In this document: one piece after another, positions 60,987 to 64,000 of the stretch
Numbering within the stretch: position 1 is the stretch's first letter
Layout of the letters: each line of letters begins with the position of its first letter
Source: Bacillota bacterium
GTDB taxonomy: Bacteria; Bacillota; Dethiobacteria; DTU022
Direction of reading: 5' to 3'
NCBI GenBank assembly: GCA_034189085.1
Contig: JAXHVH010000008.1
Coordinates: forward strand, 104-64,103
Length of the DNA stretch: 64,000 bases
Notes under the pieces: model-generated
Seen by the model: only the letters and a program-made list of their open reading frames with translations
The model's database searches: none
What the model was told of the DNA's origin: nothing
Position numbers and translations under genes: made by a program

Positions 60987-61757
60987 TTGCTACTGGCTGT
61001 TGATGTAGGCAATACCCATATTATGCTCGGTGTATATCGTGAAGATAAAATCCGTGTTTACTGGCGGCTGGCTACCCGTAAATCGAGTACTGAAGATGAA
61101 CTGGGCATGATAGTTAAAAATCTTCTGCATAGCAGCCATATAACACTCAAGGAAATAAATTTCGTCGCAATTTCCTCTGTTGTTCCTCAATTAATGTATT
61201 CCCTCGGGCGTATGTCAACAAAATACTTCAATGTAGATCCTCTTATTATTGGGCCGGGAATCAGGACCGGCTTAAATATTGTAACAGATAATCCACGTGA
61301 AGTGGGAGCTGACCGGATTGTTAATGCCGTTGCGGCAATTGAACTTTATGGTGGGCCGCTGGTTATAGTCGATTTTGGGACTGCAACCACCTTCTGTGCC
61401 ATTTCGGGTGAGGGTGATTATCTCGGCGGGGCTATCGCCCCGGGTATAGGGATATCTATGGAAGCCCTTTTTGAAAGAGCGGCCAAATTGCCACGCGTGG
61501 AAGTAGTGCGGCCTCAGAGAGTTATTGGCAAAGATACAATCACCAGTATGCAGTCGGGCATTGTCTTCGGGTTTGTCGGTCAGGTCGATGGAATTGTTCG
61601 TCGGATGGCTGCAGAGCTTGGAGGTGATCCCCAGGTAATAGCTACCGGCGGTTTTGCTAATTTAATTGCCCGTGAATCGGAAACAATCCGGGAGGTCAAT
61701 CCCCTTCTTACCCTGGAAGGATTGCGGATCATCACCAGTTTGAATGCCGCAAAATAA
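60987..61757 (+). CDS. coaX: Type III pantothenate kinase
   Basis: LLAVDVGNTHIMLGVY…, ADRIVNAVAA, …GTATTF… are CoaX/Bvg accessory factor family motifs. TTG start. Confidence 0.9.
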   Translation: MLLAVDVGNTHIMLGVYREDKIRVYWRLATRKSSTEDELGMIVKNLLHSSHITLKEINFVAISSVVPQLMYSLGRMSTKYFNVDPLIIGPGIRTGLNIVTDNPREVGADRIVNAVAAIELYGGPLVIVDFGTATTFCAISGEGDYLGGAIAPGIGISMEALFERAAKLPRVEVVRPQRVIGKDTITSMQSGIVFGFVGQVDGIVRRMAAELGGDPQVIATGGFANLIARESETIREVNPLLTLEGLRIITSLNAAK

Positions 61758-62103
61758 AAAATGATGGTTTCTGCAAAGGAAGTGTGTTTATGGCCGGTTT
61801 ACCCCTGGCAAACTTTATTCTGCTGCCGATCCCCTGGTGGCGGCGCTGCTCTTTCTTGTGTCTGCTGTCCTGCAGTGGTTGTGGAATATAACAATGCCCC
61901 AGGTTTTTGCTCTAAGGGATATCAATTTCTGGCAGGCTTTCCACCTTTTGCCGATTGCCGGAATTTTATTTGGGACTTCAGGGATCCGTTTTAATAATTG
62001 AGATCGGTGATCTTCCTGGGAAGGACTATTTAGGAAAAGGGAAACAAGAACCGCTTAATCAAGCTGACTGATTTTAATAAATTTAAAATAGGAGATACCG
62101 GTT

Positions 62104-62910
62104 ATGAAAATTGGACTGGCTTTAAGTGGTGGAGCAGCCCGCGGGATAGCACACATTGGCGTTTTGAAATATCTTGAGGAACGTAATGTAAAAGCTGTGT
62201 TAATAGCCGGGACAAGCGCCGGCAGTATTGTCGCATCCCTGTACAGCGCGGGGAAAACTATTGAAGAAATTGAACAGATAGCTCGCGAATTATCCTGGAA
62301 AGATTTTGTTACATTATCTCTTCCCCGGAAAGGGTTAATAAGCTCTTCAAAACTTTTAGAGATGCTGAAAGAGCATCTGGGAAACATAATTTTTGAAGAT
62401 TTAAAAATTCCCCTGATCATCAATGCAGTTGATTTGCTGAGCGGGGAAGAGATAATTATTGAAGATGGTCCTGTTGCCGAAGCAGTTCAGGCCAGCTGTT
62501 CCATACCTGGCATTTTTACCCCAGTGAAGTGGAAGGATAAGCTGCTTGTAGATGGCGGGCTGCTGGATAACGTTCCAGCCGTCCTTCTAAAAGAGCGGAA
62601 CCTTGATTATATTATTGCCGTTGATGTGGGGGCTCAGAAACCACTTTCCAGTGAGCCGGACAGTATATTTAAAATCTTGATCCAGGCTTTTGACATTATC
62701 CAACGTCAGCGGGATAAATCCGTCCACGATATGGCTGATGTAGTGATCGAGCCTGAGCTTGGGGATATAACTATGTGGGACATCAACAGGGTTGACTTGA
62801 TTATGGAGAGAGGCTATGAGGCAGCGCGAAAAATACTGGGCAACACCGATCTGACAAAAAAACAGAGTGGTATCGCCCGCTGGTTTAGCAAGCGGGAAAA
62901 TCGGCGTTAA
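62104..62910 (+). CDS. Patatin-like phospholipase
   Basis: GGAARGIAHIGVL oxyanion loop, GTSAGS nucleophile, DGG catalytic Asp motif. RBS AGGAGA. Confidence 0.8.
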   Translation: MKIGLALSGGAARGIAHIGVLKYLEERNVKAVLIAGTSAGSIVASLYSAGKTIEEIEQIARELSWKDFVTLSLPRKGLISSSKLLEMLKEHLGNIIFEDLKIPLIINAVDLLSGEEIIIEDGPVAEAVQASCSIPGIFTPVKWKDKLLVDGGLLDNVPAVLLKERNLDYIIAVDVGAQKPLSSEPDSIFKILIQAFDIIQRQRDKSVHDMADVVIEPELGDITMWDINRVDLIMERGYEAARKILGNTDLTKKQSGIARWFSKRENRR

Positions 62911-63003
62911 CAAAAAGACTGCCGCGCAGTAACAAAGAGGAAACTATCCAGGGTGAATAATATTTAAAAAGCATTTAAATAAATCTTAAAGTGCGGCAAA
63001 GGT

Positions 63004-63049
63004 CCGCACATAAAGGAGGCCTCTTCCAGGAGGCCTCCTTTATGTGCGG
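63004..63049. terminator. Bidirectional terminator: perfect 20-bp stem hairpin between convergent patatin and PFOR genes
   Basis: CCGCACATAAAGGAGGCCTC-TTCCAG-GAGGCCTCCTTTATGTGCGG. Arms are exact reverse complements. Preceded by a small second hairpin GTGCGG…CCGCAC. Confidence 0.6.
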
Positions 63050-63091
63050 TTGAAACAAAACATAACAACCGTTATGGTATGGGATTCAAAA

Positions 63092-64000
63092 TCAGCTCTC
63101 CGATCCCACTTTTACTTCTGCCATCTGTTTGTACATTTCCAGTCTTTCTTTAGCCCCTTTCGCTGCTTTTTCGAATAGAATATCTGCCCGATCGGGGAAT
63201 TCCTGGGTTAAAGCCCGGAACCGGACTTCGTTCATCAAGAAAGTGCGCAGGTCTACCTTCGGTTCCTTAGAATCGAGAATGAAGGGGTTTTTCCCTTCGT
63301 GGGCCAGCAGAGGATTGTAGCGGAACAGTGACCAGTAACCTGAATCTACAGCCAGTTTCTCTTCTCTCTGACTCCTGCTCATGTTGATACCGTGAGCGAT
63401 GCAGGGAGAATAGGCAATAATTAATGAAGGGCCGGGGTACGATTCAGCTTCAATAACAGCTTTCAGGAACTGATTCTTATTGGCGCCCATTGCTACAGTT
63501 GCTACATAAACATAACCATAGGTAACGGCCATCAAGCCAAGGTCTTTTTTACGGATGTCCTTGCCGGCGGCGGCGAATTTGGCAATTGCTCCGGTAGGTG
63601 TCGCTTTTGATGACTGGCCGCCTGTATTGGAGTAGACTTCTGTGTCGAGAACAAGGATATTTACATCTGCACCGGAGGCGATAACATGATCGAGCCCTCC
63701 GTAGCCGATGTCATAAGCCCAGCCGTCTCCTCCGAAAGCCCATACGGAACGTTTGGGCAAAAGGCCTGTTTTTTCCTTGATCTGTTCGAGCAGTTTGGCG
63801 TTGTTCTCCTGCGGTTTTTCAGCTTGCAAAAGTTTGCTGACCGTGTCCGCAGCTTTCAGAGATTCTTCACCCTGATCCTTTACTGCCAGCCATTTCTCGA
63901 GGGCAGTTTTGAGGTTGCTTGAAATGTCCGTTTCCATGAGGTTGTTGATCAAATCTACCAGTTTATCGCGTTGTTGAGTGACAGCGAGCCAGAAACCGTA
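63092..64000 (-). CDS. Pyruvate:ferredoxin (flavodoxin) oxidoreductase, C-terminal TPP-binding domain (3' partial, gene continues beyond window end)
   Basis: GGDGWAYDIGYGGLDHV and …LDTEVYSNTGGQ… are signatures of PFOR/NifJ domain VI. The reading frame stays open upstream of the track's ATG through 64000. Confidence 0.8.
   Translation of the reverse strand, partial: YGFWLAVTQQRDKLVDLINNLMETDISSNLKTALEKWLAVKDQGEESLKAADTVSKLLQAEKPQENNAKLLEQIKEKTGLLPKRSVWAFGGDGWAYDIGYGGLDHVIASGADVNILVLDTEVYSNTGGQSSKATPTGAIAKFAAAGKDIRKKDLGLMAVTYGYVYVATVAMGANKNQFLKAVIEAESYPGPSLIIAYSPCIAHGINMSRSQREEKLAVDSGYWSLFRYNPLLAHEGKNPFILDSKEPKVDLRTFLMNEVRFRALTQEFPDRADILFEKAAKGAKERLEMYKQMAEVKVGSES

Noticed and set aside
62104-62910. 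Patatin-like phospholipase as a CBASS/defence effector
   Set aside because: No adjacent cyclase/nucleotidyltransferase, E1/E2, or other defence genes. The flanks are coaX and PFOR, so a housekeeping patatin-family lipase is more likely.

Overview
This window is a low-GC Gram-positive (Firmicutes/Clostridia-like, sporulation-associated) chromosomal segment. Its gene order follows the origin-proximal block known from Bacillus subtilis: tadA, SRP RNA, dnaX-ybaB-recR, then tmk, holB, yaaT, abrB, metG, tatD, rsmA, veg, ispE, spoVG, glmU, prs, ctc, pth, mfd, yabN, divIC, yabR, tilS, hpt, ftsH, and finally coaX. Several lineage-specific insertions interrupt that order: an Opp/Dpp-type ABC operon flanked by two tRNA-Ser genes; a DUF3786-like gene plus an alpha/beta hydrolase; a pncA/NAPRTase pair; a T-box(Phe)-controlled aroF-pheA operon; a selenocysteine formate dehydrogenase; a DmpA-family peptidase with fhs; a folE-HD-folP-folB-folK folate operon headed by a CPBP protease; a patatin-like lipase; and the 3' end of a PFOR gene. 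Coding density is high. No CRISPR array, integrase or transposase was seen. The items most worth follow-up are: (1) an FDH alpha gene that is not broken but carries an in-frame UGA (Sec) with a SECIS-like hairpin; (2) a 247-bp GC-rich element upstream of veg bounded by a perfect 17-bp inverted repeat; (3) an orphan structured-RNA candidate between fhs and folK with partial cobalamin-riboswitch-like motifs; (4) a Phe T-box leader; (5) a C-terminally truncated glmU; (6) an HD hydrolase and an N-terminally extended FolP in the folate operon; and (7) a degraded gene-poor stretch at the window start. All coordinates and motif calls are by eye from the sequence, and no database search was run.
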